This document shows positions 1-10,399 of a DNA stretch of 64,000 bases, piece by piece; position 1 is the stretch's first letter, and each line of letters begins with the position of its first letter. A program made the translations under genes and the position numbers. The notes under the pieces are model-generated. The model made no database searches. It saw only the letters and a list, made by a program, of their open reading frames with translations, and had not been told where the DNA came from. Source of the DNA: Candidatus Saccharimonadales bacterium (GTDB lineage Bacteria; Patescibacteriota; Saccharimonadia; Saccharimonadales; Saccharimonadaceae). The stretch lies in assembly GCA_039916485.1 (NCBI GenBank), contig JBDSLH010000007.1, positions 1,832-65,831 on the forward strand. Direction: 5' to 3'.

Positions 1-68
1 AAATTCGCGCATTATGTATGCGCTAATAGTCATATCGTGTTGGCCTTTACCAGTATGGATATGCGGCA

Positions 69-1007
69 TTATTTGCGACCCTCCTCGTTAGCTACGACAG
101 GCCGACACTGTGCTTTGTGATAGAGGAGATCCTGATTTTGCCGACATTTCTCACAAATTAGCACAAGATCATTACATTGTGCATTTGCACAGTTCTCAAA
201 ATTACTGGTTTTCTTACTACAATGTATGCATTTCCCAATTGTTTTAGTATGATCAGAAAAATTAACCGTCATGCGATCATCAAATACACGAAGGCTCCCT
301 TCCCACAGACCATCATCACCATACTGTTCTCCATACTTTACGATGCCACCGTCTATTTGATAAACGTCTTTAAACCCTCGTTTTTTCATCATAGAAGTGA
401 TTACCTCGCAGCGGATGCCACCCGTGCAATACGTAACTATTTTTTTGTTTTTGATATCATCATATTTATCACTTTCAAGCTCCGCTATAAAATCGCGCGA
501 GGTGTTCGTGTTAGGAACAACCGCATTTTTAAATTTACCAATGCTTGCTTCGTGAGCATTCCTACCATCAAAAAAGACCACATCATCACCATATGTTTCG
601 ACAAGTTCATGAACCTGTTGCGGTTTGAGGTGGATACCTCCGCCAACAACACCAGTCTCATCAACTTCAAACTCATCCTCGGAGTTTTTAAAACCAACAA
701 GCTCTCGCCTGTGTCTCACGCTCAACCTTGGGAAATGTTCTTCACTACCATCGCTCCATTTAAAAACCATGTCTTTAAACACTGGATACTGTTTTGTAGC
801 TTTGATATATGCTTTCAATACTTTTATATCTCCACCAACAGTACCGTTAATTCCGTGACGACTAACTAAGATTCTTCCTTTAAGATCGAGACTTTCACAC
901 AATGTTTTTTGCCAGAGCTTTACTGACTCAGGATCTGTAAGAGGCGTAAATTTGTAATACAGTAGTATCTTTTGCATAACAGAGGTCATTATACCATTGC
1001 TTGACAT
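69..1007 (-). CDS. trhO: tRNA uridine(34) hydroxylase / rhodanese-domain protein (UPF0176, YceA/TrhO family)
   Basis: ILLYYKF...[17 protein letters not shown]-terminus, rhodanese active-site loop [11 protein letters not shown] and a Cys-rich C-terminal tail. The true start may be the internal Met (MQKILLYY, near 977). Confidence 0.8.
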   Translation of the reverse strand: MSSNGIMTSVMQKILLYYKFTPLTDPESVKLWQKTLCESLDLKGRILVSRHGINGTVGGDIKVLKAYIKATKQYPVFKDMVFKWSDGSEEHFPRLSVRHRRELVGFKNSEDEFEVDETGVVGGGIHLKPQQVHELVETYGDDVVFFDGRNAHEASIGKFKNAVVPNTNTSRDFIAELESDKYDDIKNKKIVTYCTGGIRCEVITSMMKKRGFKDVYQIDGGIVKYGEQYGDDGLWEGSLRVFDDRMTVNFSDHTKTIGKCIHCSKKTSNFENCANAQCNDLVLICEKCRQNQDLLYHKAQCRPVVANEEGRK

Positions 1008-1139
1008 TTATATAAAAATTTGTTATAATTAAATTATATAGCGTGCTATAATTTATAGCATTATGAACCAACGTGGTTCCTCTATGTCAATAAGCGTGCG
1101 GGATCTCGACCGTACATCTAACAAAAATAGGAGCATTTT

Positions 1140-2894
1140 ATGCAACGTAAAATTATAACATTATTCTGGAATGTATCGAGCCGATATAGCGCTCTGCGTC
1201 TGTTGGCGTTGGGTTTGCCTGTGCTCGCTGTGTCTGTCAATGCAATTGCAGGTCCATACGTCCTTTCCCAGTTTTTAGATAGACTACAAACAGGTGGAAT
1301 TACACTTGAGAATAGTTGGTCACTGATTGCATTCTATGGAGGCTTGGTAGTCCTAGGTGAGGTCGTTCTTTGGAGGCTCGCACTATACTTTACTTGGACA
1401 TTTGAGGTGCATACCATACGAGATCTTCACCAAGTAATATTTAATAAGTTATCCCATCAAGATCTTGTTTTTCATGCTGATCGATTTGGAGGGGCTTTGG
1501 TAAGTCAAAGTACTAAATTTGTCGGAGCATTTGAACGATTTTGGGACATGATTATTTGGAGTGTTATGCCAATAATTTCTACGGTAATCGGCTCAATCAT
1601 TGTCTTATCTGCACTAGGACTATGGCAGTATGGGTTGTTCCTTGCGGTATATGCTGTGTGTTTTGGAGTTGTTGTATACGTTTGTTCACGATTCCTTGCA
1701 CAAATAAATCGCGATGAGGCTTCGGCTAGTAACAGAATAAGTGGGTACTTAGCAGATATGATTACCAACGTAAGTACAGTCAAGTCTTTTGGACGAGAAG
1801 ATTATGAACACGCACAAGTAGGCTCATATGCCAAGGACTGGCATGCCGCTTCTACGAAGCTTAAGTGGGGTGTGCTCGGTGCTACCACAGCGTTTAGCGC
1901 AATGTACGCTGTCGGTGCAACGGCTGCACTGATATTTGCCGTGCTTGGTGCACAGTATGGTGTAGCGTCTGTTGGGATGATCTACCTCATTTTTATATAC
2001 GCGCTTAATATAAATCGTCAACTATGGGAGCTGAATAACATTACTCGAACCTACGACCGCGTGATCGGTGACGCGGATGAGATGACAAAAATACTGGAAA
2101 AGGATTTTGATCTTATTGATAATTCAAATAACAAACTTCAAGCGTCGAAAGGTGATGTATCATTTAGTCACATTTCGTTTACGCATGATAACGGTAAAGG
2201 TGAACAAGTCTTCCAAGATTTCAATTTATCTATACCAGCCGGACAACGTGTAGGCATAGTCGGTCATAGTGGCGCAGGTAAAACTACATTAACTAATATC
2301 TTATTACGATTTTCTGATGTTGAGCACGGTTCAATTACTATCGATGGTCAAGACATTAGTGAGGTTACTCAGCAAAGTCTCCATGAAGAAATTGCATATG
2401 TCGCTCAAGAGCCTATTTTGTTTCACCGAACCCTCAAAGAGAATATCTCATATGGACGGTTAGATGCGACGCACCAACAAATTATTGAGGCCGCCAAAAA
2501 GGCACACGCCTATGGGTTCATTACTAAACTTCCTGACGGTTTAGATACTATGGTTGGCGAACGAGGTATAAAGTTATCCGGTGGTCAGCGGCAGCGGATT
2601 GCAATCGCAAGAGCCATCCTGAAAGACGCTCCAATACTTGTACTCGATGAAGCAACTTCAGCACTTGACAGTGAGAGTGAAAAACTCATACAAGATAGCT
2701 TAAGTGATCTTATGAAAGACCGTACCAGTATTGTCATCGCTCATCGACTGTCTACCATAGCAAAGCTTGATCGAATTATCGTGCTTGATCAAGGAAGAAT
2801 TACAGAAGACGGCACACATGCTGAATTACTCACCCAAAACGGAACCTACTCCCGTCTTTGGTCTCATCAGAGTGGCGGATTCCTTGAGGAATAA
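1140..2894 (+). CDS. ABC exporter, fused permease/ATPase (MsbA-like type I exporter)
   Basis: N-terminal multi-TM domain. Walker A GHSGAGKTT, ABC signature LSGGQRQRIAIARA, Walker B ILVLDEATSALD, H-loop IAHRLST. Confidence 0.9.
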   Translation: MQRKIITLFWNVSSRYSALRLLALGLPVLAVSVNAIAGPYVLSQFLDRLQTGGITLENSWSLIAFYGGLVVLGEVVLWRLALYFTWTFEVHTIRDLHQVIFNKLSHQDLVFHADRFGGALVSQSTKFVGAFERFWDMIIWSVMPIISTVIGSIIVLSALGLWQYGLFLAVYAVCFGVVVYVCSRFLAQINRDEASASNRISGYLADMITNVSTVKSFGREDYEHAQVGSYAKDWHAASTKLKWGVLGATTAFSAMYAVGATAALIFAVLGAQYGVASVGMIYLIFIYALNINRQLWELNNITRTYDRVIGDADEMTKILEKDFDLIDNSNNKLQASKGDVSFSHISFTHDNGKGEQVFQDFNLSIPAGQRVGIVGHSGAGKTTLTNILLRFSDVEHGSITIDGQDISEVTQQSLHEEIAYVAQEPILFHRTLKENISYGRLDATHQQIIEAAKKAHAYGFITKLPDGLDTMVGERGIKLSGGQRQRIAIARAILKDAPILVLDEATSALDSESEKLIQDSLSDLMKDRTSIVIAHRLSTIAKLDRIIVLDQGRITEDGTHAELLTQNGTYSRLWSHQSGGFLEE

Positions 2895-2923
2895 TTACTA
2901 ATAGCACCCTATTCTAGGAAAAA

Positions 2924-3262
2924 TTATTTCTTACGTCGCTTAGCGAGTTTTTGCCAAAATTTATCAATCTCATACTCTAAATCAACATCATAAGAATTTG
3001 CAAGTGTTACTGTTGAGATGATCAAATCAGCAAACTCTGATCCGAGGTCACCATCATTACTCTTGTAGTCTACTGTCTTACTCTGTTTGCGGATAGCCTC
3101 CGCAACTTCACCAAGTTCTTCAATAAGAAAAAGTAACTGCATTTCAGTTGATGGTTTGAGTTTACTGTTGTTACCCCAGTCATCTTTTACTGCTTGTTGT
3201 AGGTCTGATATTTTCATACACGTAGCTCCTTTTATATCAGAACGGAGCGACCCGATGATCAC
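2924..3262 (-). CDS. MazG-like nucleotide pyrophosphohydrolase (small all-alpha NTP-PPase)
   Basis: LFLIEELGEVAEAIRK and EFADLIISTVTLANSYDVDLE helices are typical of MazG-type domains. Likely start is the internal MKISDLQQ (~3217). Confidence 0.6.
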   Translation of the reverse strand: MIIGSLRSDIKGATCMKISDLQQAVKDDWGNNSKLKPSTEMQLLFLIEELGEVAEAIRKQSKTVDYKSNDGDLGSEFADLIISTVTLANSYDVDLEYEIDKFWQKLAKRRKK

Positions 3263-3289
3263 TCCGTTCTAGAAATATCTTATGCTAGA

Positions 3290-4024
3290 TTATTCTTTCT
3301 TAGATTGGTCTGATTTGCCATCCTCAGTGTTCTCGGTTGGAGCTTCCTCACCATTTTCGACTTCAACTTCACTGACATCTTCAGCGTCACCAGCAGATGA
3401 TTCATTTGCAGCTTGGAGCGCTGCTGGTTCCCAAACACTAGCGACCATCAAGTCAGAAATTTGTGGTTTTTCTTCGTCAGTTTCATCACCGTGTCCACTA
3501 TCATGCTCTACGAATTCGACTCCTTCATCTAATTTCGCATCGGCAAGTGTAACCTTATCACCAGACTCAACGAGTCCAGTAATATCTATTTCAATTGATT
3601 CAGGAAGGTCCATAGGCAATGCACGAACTTGGATCTTATCAAGTGCCTGTAGCACGATGAGGCCAGATTTTTCTGCAACGCTCTCACCTTCACCGACGAG
3701 CTTGATAGGCACTTCAGCTTCAACAGGCTCATTCTGGCGGACGGCATGAAATGATACGTGATTGATACGTCGCTTTACATTGTCGACATCAACGTCTTTA
3801 ATCATTGCGATTCGTTTTTTAGTGCCGATTGTGAGATGTACTGGGGCATGCTTTCCAGCAGCAGTATACACTTTCGACATCAAGACTTGGTCGACCTGGA
3901 CTGCTTCTGGTTCAATACCAGGACCATATACAACACCTGGCACTATACCGTCTTGCCGTAACTGTCTTACTTTTTTACCCTTTAGCGTACGTTCACTCAA
4001 ACTGAGTGTGATTTTTTCTCCCAT
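3290..4024 (-). CDS. rplY: 50S ribosomal protein L25 / general stress protein Ctc, with acidic C-terminal extension
   Basis: KVRQLRQDGIVPGVVYGPG N-terminal L25 signature, Ctc-type second domain, D/E-rich tail. Confidence 0.85.
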   Translation of the reverse strand: MGEKITLSLSERTLKGKKVRQLRQDGIVPGVVYGPGIEPEAVQVDQVLMSKVYTAAGKHAPVHLTIGTKKRIAMIKDVDVDNVKRRINHVSFHAVRQNEPVEAEVPIKLVGEGESVAEKSGLIVLQALDKIQVRALPMDLPESIEIDITGLVESGDKVTLADAKLDEGVEFVEHDSGHGDETDEEKPQISDLMVASVWEPAALQAANESSAGDAEDVSEVEVENGEEAPTENTEDGKSDQSKKE

Positions 4025-4130
4025 CTTTCTCCCTTTCTATGGATATGTTTACGGAGTTATTATTCATTATATTTTACCATATATTTTTGAAAAATGCTAA
4101 GACTGGTGACCATGCTACAATACCTAGAGT

Positions 4131-4781
4131 ATGCTTGAAAGTCTTCTAGAATTCATCACTGGTCTTGGTTGGCTAGCCGTTATTGCGGTCATCTATGCAG
4201 AGTCAGGTTTGCTTATTGGTTTTTTCTTACCGGGTGACAGTTTGTTGTTCACGGCTGGATTTTTAGTGCATGAACAAATATTCGATATCAACATTCACGT
4301 ATTTGTAGCCCTACTGTTCTTGGCAGCTGTAACTGGGGATAGTACTGGGTACGCGTTTGGATCCAAAGTAGGACGTAAATTGTTTGAACGAGAAAATTCT
4401 CGATTTTTTCGAACAGAAAATTTAGAGCGAGCTGAACGGTTCTATAAAAAGCATGGAGCTAAAACTATAGTCTTAGCTCGATTCATTCCAGTCATCAGAA
4501 CATTTGCTCCAATCATTGCTGGAGTAAGTTCTATGAAATATCGTACGTTTCTCATGTATAACATTGCAGGTGGACTGTTGTGGGCTGCTGGTTTTACGTA
4601 TTTAGGTTACTATGCAGGTCAACTACTAAATTCTCTGGGAATAAATATTGAGCTTGCAGTAATCGTAATCATTATTGTATCAACCGTGCCACTACTGGTA
4701 CATCCGCTTATGAACAAAAAGCGACGAAGTGACCTCATTGAAGGCACAAAGCGAGAGATACAAATACTTCTAAAGCGTTAA
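4131..4781 (+). CDS. DedA-family (SNARE-associated) membrane protein
   Basis: [15 protein letters not shown] motif, [16 protein letters not shown] re-entrant segment, multiple TM helices. Confidence 0.8.
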   Translation: MLESLLEFITGLGWLAVIAVIYAESGLLIGFFLPGDSLLFTAGFLVHEQIFDINIHVFVALLFLAAVTGDSTGYAFGSKVGRKLFERENSRFFRTENLERAERFYKKHGAKTIVLARFIPVIRTFAPIIAGVSSMKYRTFLMYNIAGGLLWAAGFTYLGYYAGQLLNSLGINIELAVIVIIIVSTVPLLVHPLMNKKRRSDLIEGTKREIQILLKR

Positions 4782-7591
4782 AGAAGTGCTTTTAGGTACT
4801 GGCCAGTGTGACTACTTTTGTCTTTTGCAACTTGCTCCGGTGTTCCTTGACTGAGTATCTGACCGCCACCGATTCCACCTTCAGGTCCCATGTCGATGAT
4901 ATGGTCTGCTGATTTAATTACGTCGAGATTGTGCTCAATTATCACCATACTATTGCCTGTTGATACGAGTGCCTGAAGAACATGGAGGAGTTTGTGAACA
5001 TCAGCTGAGTGAAGGCCGGTAGTCGGCTCGTCAAGGATGTAAAGGGTCTTTCCAGTTGCACGCCGACTAAGTTCTGTAGCCAGCTTAATACGCTGAGCTT
5101 CTCCACCACTAAATGTTGTAGCAGGTTGCCCAAGTGTAATATAACCAAGTCCAACTTCAACCAGCGTATCCATTTTCCGTTTAATAGCCGGAACATTTTC
5201 AAAGAATTCTGCTGCTTGCTCTACCGTCATACCGAGTACATCCGAAATAGTTTTGTCTTTAAATGTAATCTCAAGTGCTTCTCTGTTGTAGCGTTTGCCG
5301 TGACAGATTTCGCACTCTACATATACGTCTGGAAGGAAGTGCATTTCAATTTTTATCACACCATCACCCTGACAGTTTTCGCAACGACCACCACGAACAT
5401 TAAAACTAAACCGTCCGGCCTTATAGCCACGAACATTTGCTTCTGATGTACTTGCAAACAATTCACGAATTGGTGTAAACACACCAGTATAGGTAGCCGG
5501 ATTGCTCCGCGGTGTTCTGCCGATGGGTGACTGGTCAATAACAATAACCTTATCGAGATGTTCTATGCCTTCGATATAGTCATGCTTACCAGAAACTTCA
5601 TGTGCTCTATTGAGACGTGCTGCAAGCTCTTTGGCTATAATGTCATTTACCAGTGTGCTTTTACCTGAGCCACTGACGCCACTGACAACTGTCATGTTTC
5701 CGAGTGGTATATCAACAGTAAGATTCTTAAGATTGTGTTCTCGTGCACCAACGACGCGAAGTATTTTTCCGTTACCAGATCGACGTTTTTTAGGAACTGG
5801 AATTGTCAGTGCACCACTCAGGTACTGGCCAGTTATACTCGATGGATTTTTGCTGACCTCTTCTGGTGTTCCGGACGCACATACATTTCCACCACGCACT
5901 CCAGCACCAGGTCCAATGTCCAATAAATAATCAGCTGATCGAATTGTGTCTTCATCGTGTTCCACGACAAGCACGGTGTTACCTAAGTCGCGGAGACGCT
6001 TTAACGTTTTAATGAGCTTGTCATTATCTCGTTGATGAAGCCCGATTGACGGTTCATCAAGAACGTACAGTACACCTTGCAAGCCAGATCCAATTTGCGT
6101 TGCTAGTCTAATACGTTGAGCCTCGCCCCCACTGAGCGTGTTAGCGGCACGTCCTAGCTCAAGATAGCTTAGGCCGACATCGTGCATGAAACCCAAACGG
6201 GCAGTAATCTCACGCAATATTTGTCGCGCAATTGCCTGCTCTTTTTCGTTCAATGTTAGATCGTCACGGAAAAGTTGTAACGAATCGTCAACACTCAGAC
6301 TTACAACGTCCATGATGGACAAGTCATGAACCGTAACTGCCAATACTTCTGGTTTTAATCGTGCTCCCTTACATGTGTAACATTCCCGCTCACGCATAAA
6401 TCGCTCGATGTCTTTGCGCATGAAATCACTATCTGTTTCTTTATGACGTCGCTCAAGGTTTGGGATCACACCTTCATATGTTGTATCAAAATAACGATCC
6501 GAGCTCAGTCTGACTGTATATTTTTCGGATCCTGTACCGTATAAGATTTTTTCTACTGATTCACTTGAAAGAGTTTTTACTTGATCTTGGATACTAAATC
6601 CATGACTATCACCAACCGCCGACAACTTTTTCATGTACCATGCATCAGAGTTAACACGATTAAATGGCCGTAATGCACCCTCAGCAATAGTCAGATTTGG
6701 GTTAAAAACAAGATCAGGATCTACTTCAAGACGACTACCAAGCCCAGTACATGTGGGGCAGGCGCCGAATGGGCTATTAAAACTAAAGAGGCGTGGCTCC
6801 AGCTCTGGAATAGCCACATCTGGGTGATCGACACATGCATAGCGCTGAGAAAATATATGTTCTGCATCATCATTATCTGCATCTAGTACACGAATCGTGC
6901 CTTCGGATACAAGCAGCGCCTGTTCAACTGACTGTGCTATTCGTGCTGTTGACTCCTCATCGTTAACAAGTCGGTCAACAACTATATCAATGGTGTGTTT
7001 ATATTTCTTATCGAGTTCTGGAAACTCATCAAGCGCATAAATCACGCCATCAACACGGACACGTGCAAAGCCTTGTTTCAGGAATTGCTCTGATACATGT
7101 GCAAACTCACCTTTTTTGCCCTGTACAAGTGGTGCCATGATAATGAGTCGCTTACCCTCACCGATGGCGCGTACGTGATCAACAATGCTCTGTGGAGTCT
7201 GCTTAGTGACAGGCTTATGACATATTGGGCAGTGTGGTATACCAATACGAGCATAGAGTAAACGTAGATAATCATAGATCTCTGTGACCGTTGCGACAGT
7301 ACTGCGAGGGTTTCGACTTGTCGATTTTTGATCAATAGATATCGCTGGGCTTAGTCCATCAATTTGATCAACATCAGGTTTTTCCATGAGACCCAAAAAT
7401 TGTCGCGCATAACTACTCAGGCTCTCGACGTACCGTCGTTGGCCTTCTGCATATATAGTGTCGAATGCTAGTGATGACTTCCCCGATCCTGATAGCCCTG
7501 TAATTACCACGAGTTTATCCCGTGGGATTTCTACAGAAATATTTTTGAGGTTGTGCTCTCTAGCTCCGGTAACTTTAATTAACTCCGACAT
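4778..7591 (-). CDS. uvrA: Excinuclease ABC subunit A
   Basis: 937 aa. Two ABC modules ([27 protein letters not shown]; LSGGEAQRI twice) and zinc-finger Cys clusters. Full-length UvrA architecture. Confidence 0.97.
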   Translation of the reverse strand: MSELIKVTGAREHNLKNISVEIPRDKLVVITGLSGSGKSSLAFDTIYAEGQRRYVESLSSYARQFLGLMEKPDVDQIDGLSPAISIDQKSTSRNPRSTVATVTEIYDYLRLLYARIGIPHCPICHKPVTKQTPQSIVDHVRAIGEGKRLIIMAPLVQGKKGEFAHVSEQFLKQGFARVRVDGVIYALDEFPELDKKYKHTIDIVVDRLVNDEESTARIAQSVEQALLVSEGTIRVLDADNDDAEHIFSQRYACVDHPDVAIPELEPRLFSFNSPFGACPTCTGLGSRLEVDPDLVFNPNLTIAEGALRPFNRVNSDAWYMKKLSAVGDSHGFSIQDQVKTLSSESVEKILYGTGSEKYTVRLSSDRYFDTTYEGVIPNLERRHKETDSDFMRKDIERFMRERECYTCKGARLKPEVLAVTVHDLSIMDVVSLSVDDSLQLFRDDLTLNEKEQAIARQILREITARLGFMHDVGLSYLELGRAANTLSGGEAQRIRLATQIGSGLQGVLYVLDEPSIGLHQRDNDKLIKTLKRLRDLGNTVLVVEHDEDTIRSADYLLDIGPGAGVRGGNVCASGTPEEVSKNPSSITGQYLSGALTIPVPKKRRSGNGKILRVVGAREHNLKNLTVDIPLGNMTVVSGVSGSGKSTLVNDIIAKELAARLNRAHEVSGKHDYIEGIEHLDKVIVIDQSPIGRTPRSNPATYTGVFTPIRELFASTSEANVRGYKAGRFSFNVRGGRCENCQGDGVIKIEMHFLPDVYVECEICHGKRYNREALEITFKDKTISDVLGMTVEQAAEFFENVPAIKRKMDTLVEVGLGYITLGQPATTFSGGEAQRIKLATELSRRATGKTLYILDEPTTGLHSADVHKLLHVLQALVSTGNSMVIIEHNLDVIKSADHIIDMGPEGGIGGGQILSQGTPEQVAKDKSSHTGQYLKALL

Positions 7592-7622
7592 AACCTATCT
7601 ATTATAGCAATAATCAAACCCC

Positions 7623-7973
7623 TTGTCTTATTGCTATAATAGAAACGTGAAAGAAAGACTAGTAACCAGGTGGCAAACCGTGCCGCGACATATACGACGC
7701 CCCATTGTTTTGACCATCGGTTTATTTTTTGTACTTCTATCTGGATCAATTGGCTGGTTGCCAGGTCCTGGGGGGATTCCGATTTTTTTACTCGGCATTG
7801 CCATACTCTCATCTGAGTTTCACTGGGCCGAACGACTAAAACAATATATTCTCGGTCACATTCATGCTGCAGGCACCTGGATGCGTATGCATAAAGCGTT
7901 CAGCTCGATCATCCTACTAGGTGGAGCACTGATCAGTACAACCATACTGTATATGCTTTTTATTATTAAATAA
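7623..7973 (+). CDS. PGPGW-domain small membrane protein
   Basis: Literal GWLPGPGGIPIFLLG motif plus two TM helices. Confidence 0.6.
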   Translation: MSYCYNRNVKERLVTRWQTVPRHIRRPIVLTIGLFFVLLSGSIGWLPGPGGIPIFLLGIAILSSEFHWAERLKQYILGHIHAAGTWMRMHKAFSSIILLGGALISTTILYMLFIIK

Positions 7974-8035
7974 CATACTTGTATCTTATGTAAATTAGTG
8001 GTATTATATACTTCACTAATTAAGCTCGGAGTCGT

Positions 8036-8383
8036 ATGCAAAAAGTCATCATCAAAACTAGCATCGTCATTGTGCTTTTAGCTCTTGTCCTGCAACCAAT
8101 AGTACTTAATGCTGTTTTTTCATTTTTATTTGCAGGAATAGTCCCAGGGACACAGATCACACTCCCATTTTGGGCCATGAGTTGCATACTGTTTAGTATT
8201 GGATATGGCGCTACACTCTGGCTCAAACGTGACATGCTCTATATTGGTGATGTACGCGGCATTGAAAAGCAACGCAAGCAAACGGCACGTGCCTATGTCG
8301 CGCAAAAAACGTCAAGATCCGTCGAAGTAAAAAAACCAGTCCGTGTCAGACAGCGCCGTCGTCAGCAAACTGCCACATCATAA
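8036..8383 (+). CDS. Small membrane protein with Arg/Lys-rich C-terminal tail
   Basis: Three hydrophobic helices followed by KQRKQTARAY...VRVRQRRRQQ. No recognisable family. Confidence 0.4.
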   Translation: MQKVIIKTSIVIVLLALVLQPIVLNAVFSFLFAGIVPGTQITLPFWAMSCILFSIGYGATLWLKRDMLYIGDVRGIEKQRKQTARAYVAQKTSRSVEVKKPVRVRQRRRQQTATS

Positions 8384-9790
8384 ATCATCATTGGGTATGA
8401 TACTCTCTGCCCAGAGATGTAACTCCTCGAGTACATAACTTTCAGCACCACTTCGTTTTAATCGTTCAAGTGCAATGAGGAATGGTGGCAATTTTTGCTG
8501 TAATTTTGCCATTCTATAAGATTCCCATTCAACATATTCATCTTCGGAAAGAGTGGTTGGATAGTTTCGTGCTTTGTAGCGAAACAGTAATACATCTAGG
8601 CGTTTATCTATAAATTCCGGATGAAAATCTGCAAGCTCACTTGCTGTCGCATTCCGAACAGCATTGATCCTTGGCTTATCTTTATCCGCGGTAAACTGAT
8701 CGTATAGTTTATGCTCAACATCATTTGTTTCTGGAAATGGTTCCCGAAGTTGATAGGCTTCGTGGACCACATCTGCAAATCCTGGATTATTCCGCAAAAT
8801 AGTCGTATTTCTCTGAATATCATCGAGATCTATAGCAAGTCGCTGCTTTGTTGCGTCGTCAAGCACGCCAAGTGGTGCTACGGCTGGACTCCGAGCGTAG
8901 TTTAATTCTTTGACAGGTAACGCTAAAAAGCCTTCCTGCTGTCGCTGGTCACGCTTAGCAAATATAACTTCGGCTAACTGCTTCGGTGTCGCCGTTAAAA
9001 ATGGCGTAGGATCATACCGCGTATCATATACAATGATCGAACCAGGCGACACTGCCTTTGTGAGGGGATACGCCACTGTCGTTTTCTCGTGAGCGGGGTC
9101 GTACCTCCCAGATGTATACACAAAAGGTTGCGGGCTCTCCAAACTTATAAGCTCATGAACTTGCTTTTTGTTTCTCATCGAAAATATGTACGAAAATAGC
9201 TTAGACTGCTTTTTTTTGATCAGACTAGTGAGCTGGATAAGTGCATCCACATCACTCATAGCGTCATGAGCCTTTGTGTGATCGAGCTTATTTGCAATGG
9301 CGAGTAATTCAAGTTTATTGACTGCTTTGTTATTTTCATCAACAGGCCACTCCATGCCTTCAGGACGTAATGCCCTCGTCATTCTGACGACATCGAGCAT
9401 GTCCCAGCGCCCGCGCCCCTCACTCCACGCCCACTCATACGGATCATAAAAATTACGCCAAAGTGTATGGCGTATGAACTCATCATCAAACCGGATATTG
9501 TTATATCCAATCATAATGGTTTCGGGTGTCGCAATCTCAGAGACAAATAGTTTACAAAATTCGGGCTCTGTATATCCATCTGCAAGTGTTGATTGGGGCG
9601 TAATGCCAGTCACCATAATAGCATCCGGACTCGGAAGCGTATCGTCACTCACTTTAACGAGAATATTGTATGGCTCGCCTATTGGTTCGAGGTCAATCGT
9701 GGTACGACGTCCTGCAAACTGCATAATACGATCTTCACGAGGATTAAGACCGCTAGTTTCGAGGTCATAAAAGAAAAATGTTTGTGCCAT
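8378..9790 (-). CDS. sbcB: Exodeoxyribonuclease I
   Basis: DEDDh exonuclease motifs FFFYDLETSG, IGYNNIRFDDEF, HDAMSDV, plus a SH3-like/helical C-terminal region. The start is moved to MAQTFFFYD (9790) because the ORF-track start at 9820 lies inside a terminator hairpin. Confidence 0.85.
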   Translation of the reverse strand: MAQTFFFYDLETSGLNPREDRIMQFAGRRTTIDLEPIGEPYNILVKVSDDTLPSPDAIMVTGITPQSTLADGYTEPEFCKLFVSEIATPETIMIGYNNIRFDDEFIRHTLWRNFYDPYEWAWSEGRGRWDMLDVVRMTRALRPEGMEWPVDENNKAVNKLELLAIANKLDHTKAHDAMSDVDALIQLTSLIKKKQSKLFSYIFSMRNKKQVHELISLESPQPFVYTSGRYDPAHEKTTVAYPLTKAVSPGSIIVYDTRYDPTPFLTATPKQLAEVIFAKRDQRQQEGFLALPVKELNYARSPAVAPLGVLDDATKQRLAIDLDDIQRNTTILRNNPGFADVVHEAYQLREPFPETNDVEHKLYDQFTADKDKPRINAVRNATASELADFHPEFIDKRLDVLLFRYKARNYPTTLSEDEYVEWESYRMAKLQQKLPPFLIALERLKRSGAESYVLEELHLWAESIIPNDDL

Positions 9791-9807
9791 ACACCTAGTA
9801 TACGGCA

Positions 9808-9831
9808 AATAAAAAAACACCCATCTGGGTG
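9808..9831 (-). terminator. Intrinsic terminator-like hairpin (CACCCA-GA-TGGGTG followed by T7) upstream of sbcB
   Basis: The minus strand reads CACCCAGATGGGTGTTTTTTTATTT: a 6-bp GC-rich stem followed by a U-run. Confidence 0.6.
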
Positions 9832-10271
9832 GATTGTTCGTAGTGTTGCCGGTGCCCGGCTACGCTGCATGTGCAGACGTAGCCGGGCAAGCCGGAGAGA
9901 GGGTCAGCGCCCGAGAGGAATGTCCCGGACAGGGCACAGCCTGGCGGCGATTCCGCGGTAGTCCGCCGAGGGCATGTTGTCCCGGACAGGCTGCTGAGAC
10001 GCTGTGGTCCGCAGGGCGCCACGACCGATGGGGCTGAGGTCCGCGAGGGCGCGACCACTCGGGCCGAGGTCTTGGACTCGCTTGGGGTTGTTTGTCACGG
10101 TTGAACCTTTCTGTGCATAGACGAATCCATGCGGGTTGACGGTACGAAGGGATTTCGGGTGGTGCAGTCTGTACTCGAGGCAAAAATGGTGCGAATACAG
10201 GCTGCAGGATCCGAATATGGTGACAGCCCAAACAAAAAATCAAGGAATCAGCGATGTGACTCAACTTGACC
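9832..10271 (-). ncRNA. Unclassified GC-rich, hairpin-dense non-coding block (candidate large structured RNA; strand inferred from flanking terminators and promoter)
   Basis: 43/60 G+C counted in 9961-10020, against AT-rich flanks. Nested perfect hairpin at 9854-9888 and several other GC hairpins. 13-nt direct repeat TGTCCCGGACAGG at 9921 and 9978. Only R/P/A-rich junk ORFs. Candidate -35 TTGACA (10300-10305) and -10 TATAGT (10278-10283) on the minus strand. Confidence 0.45.
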
Positions 10272-10399
10272 TGATTTACTATACTCCTCTGTTCAATGCT
10301 GTCAATATAAAAATAACAGCATATACTTTTATATTATCATAAATATATAATTTTGTCAAATAACTCAAGTAAAATACACAAATTTATACATGATAAAAT

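Noticed and set aside
3282-3749. 155-aa Ser/Thr-rich plus-strand ORF
   Set aside because: It is antisense to the acidic tail of rplY. The composition is the complement of GAx/GAA-rich codons, so it is not a real gene.
9795-10264. ORF-track ORFs inside the GC-rich block (9860-10264, 9904-10098, 9795-10058 minus; 9834-10037, 9593-9961 plus)
   Set aside because: The translations are Arg/Pro/Ala/Gly-rich low-complexity strings with no start context or SD, and they overlap each other in several frames. This is the usual artefact of GC-rich non-coding DNA. One frame (9904-10098) has high GC3, so a decayed foreign gene fragment cannot be fully excluded.
9832-10271. Calling the GC-rich block RNase P RNA, tmRNA or SRP RNA
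   Set aside because: Plus-strand GAGGAATGTCCCGGAC, AGGCTGCTGAG and TAGACGAAT resemble E. coli M1 RNA segments, but their spacing is wrong. No P4 3' strand or ACAGAA..GGCUUA element exists, and both flanking terminators point to the minus strand. There is no tRNA-like T-arm/ACCA end or ...AA-stop tag reading frame for tmRNA. There is no GGAA-tetraloop/AGCA helix-8 motif for SRP. Left unclassified.
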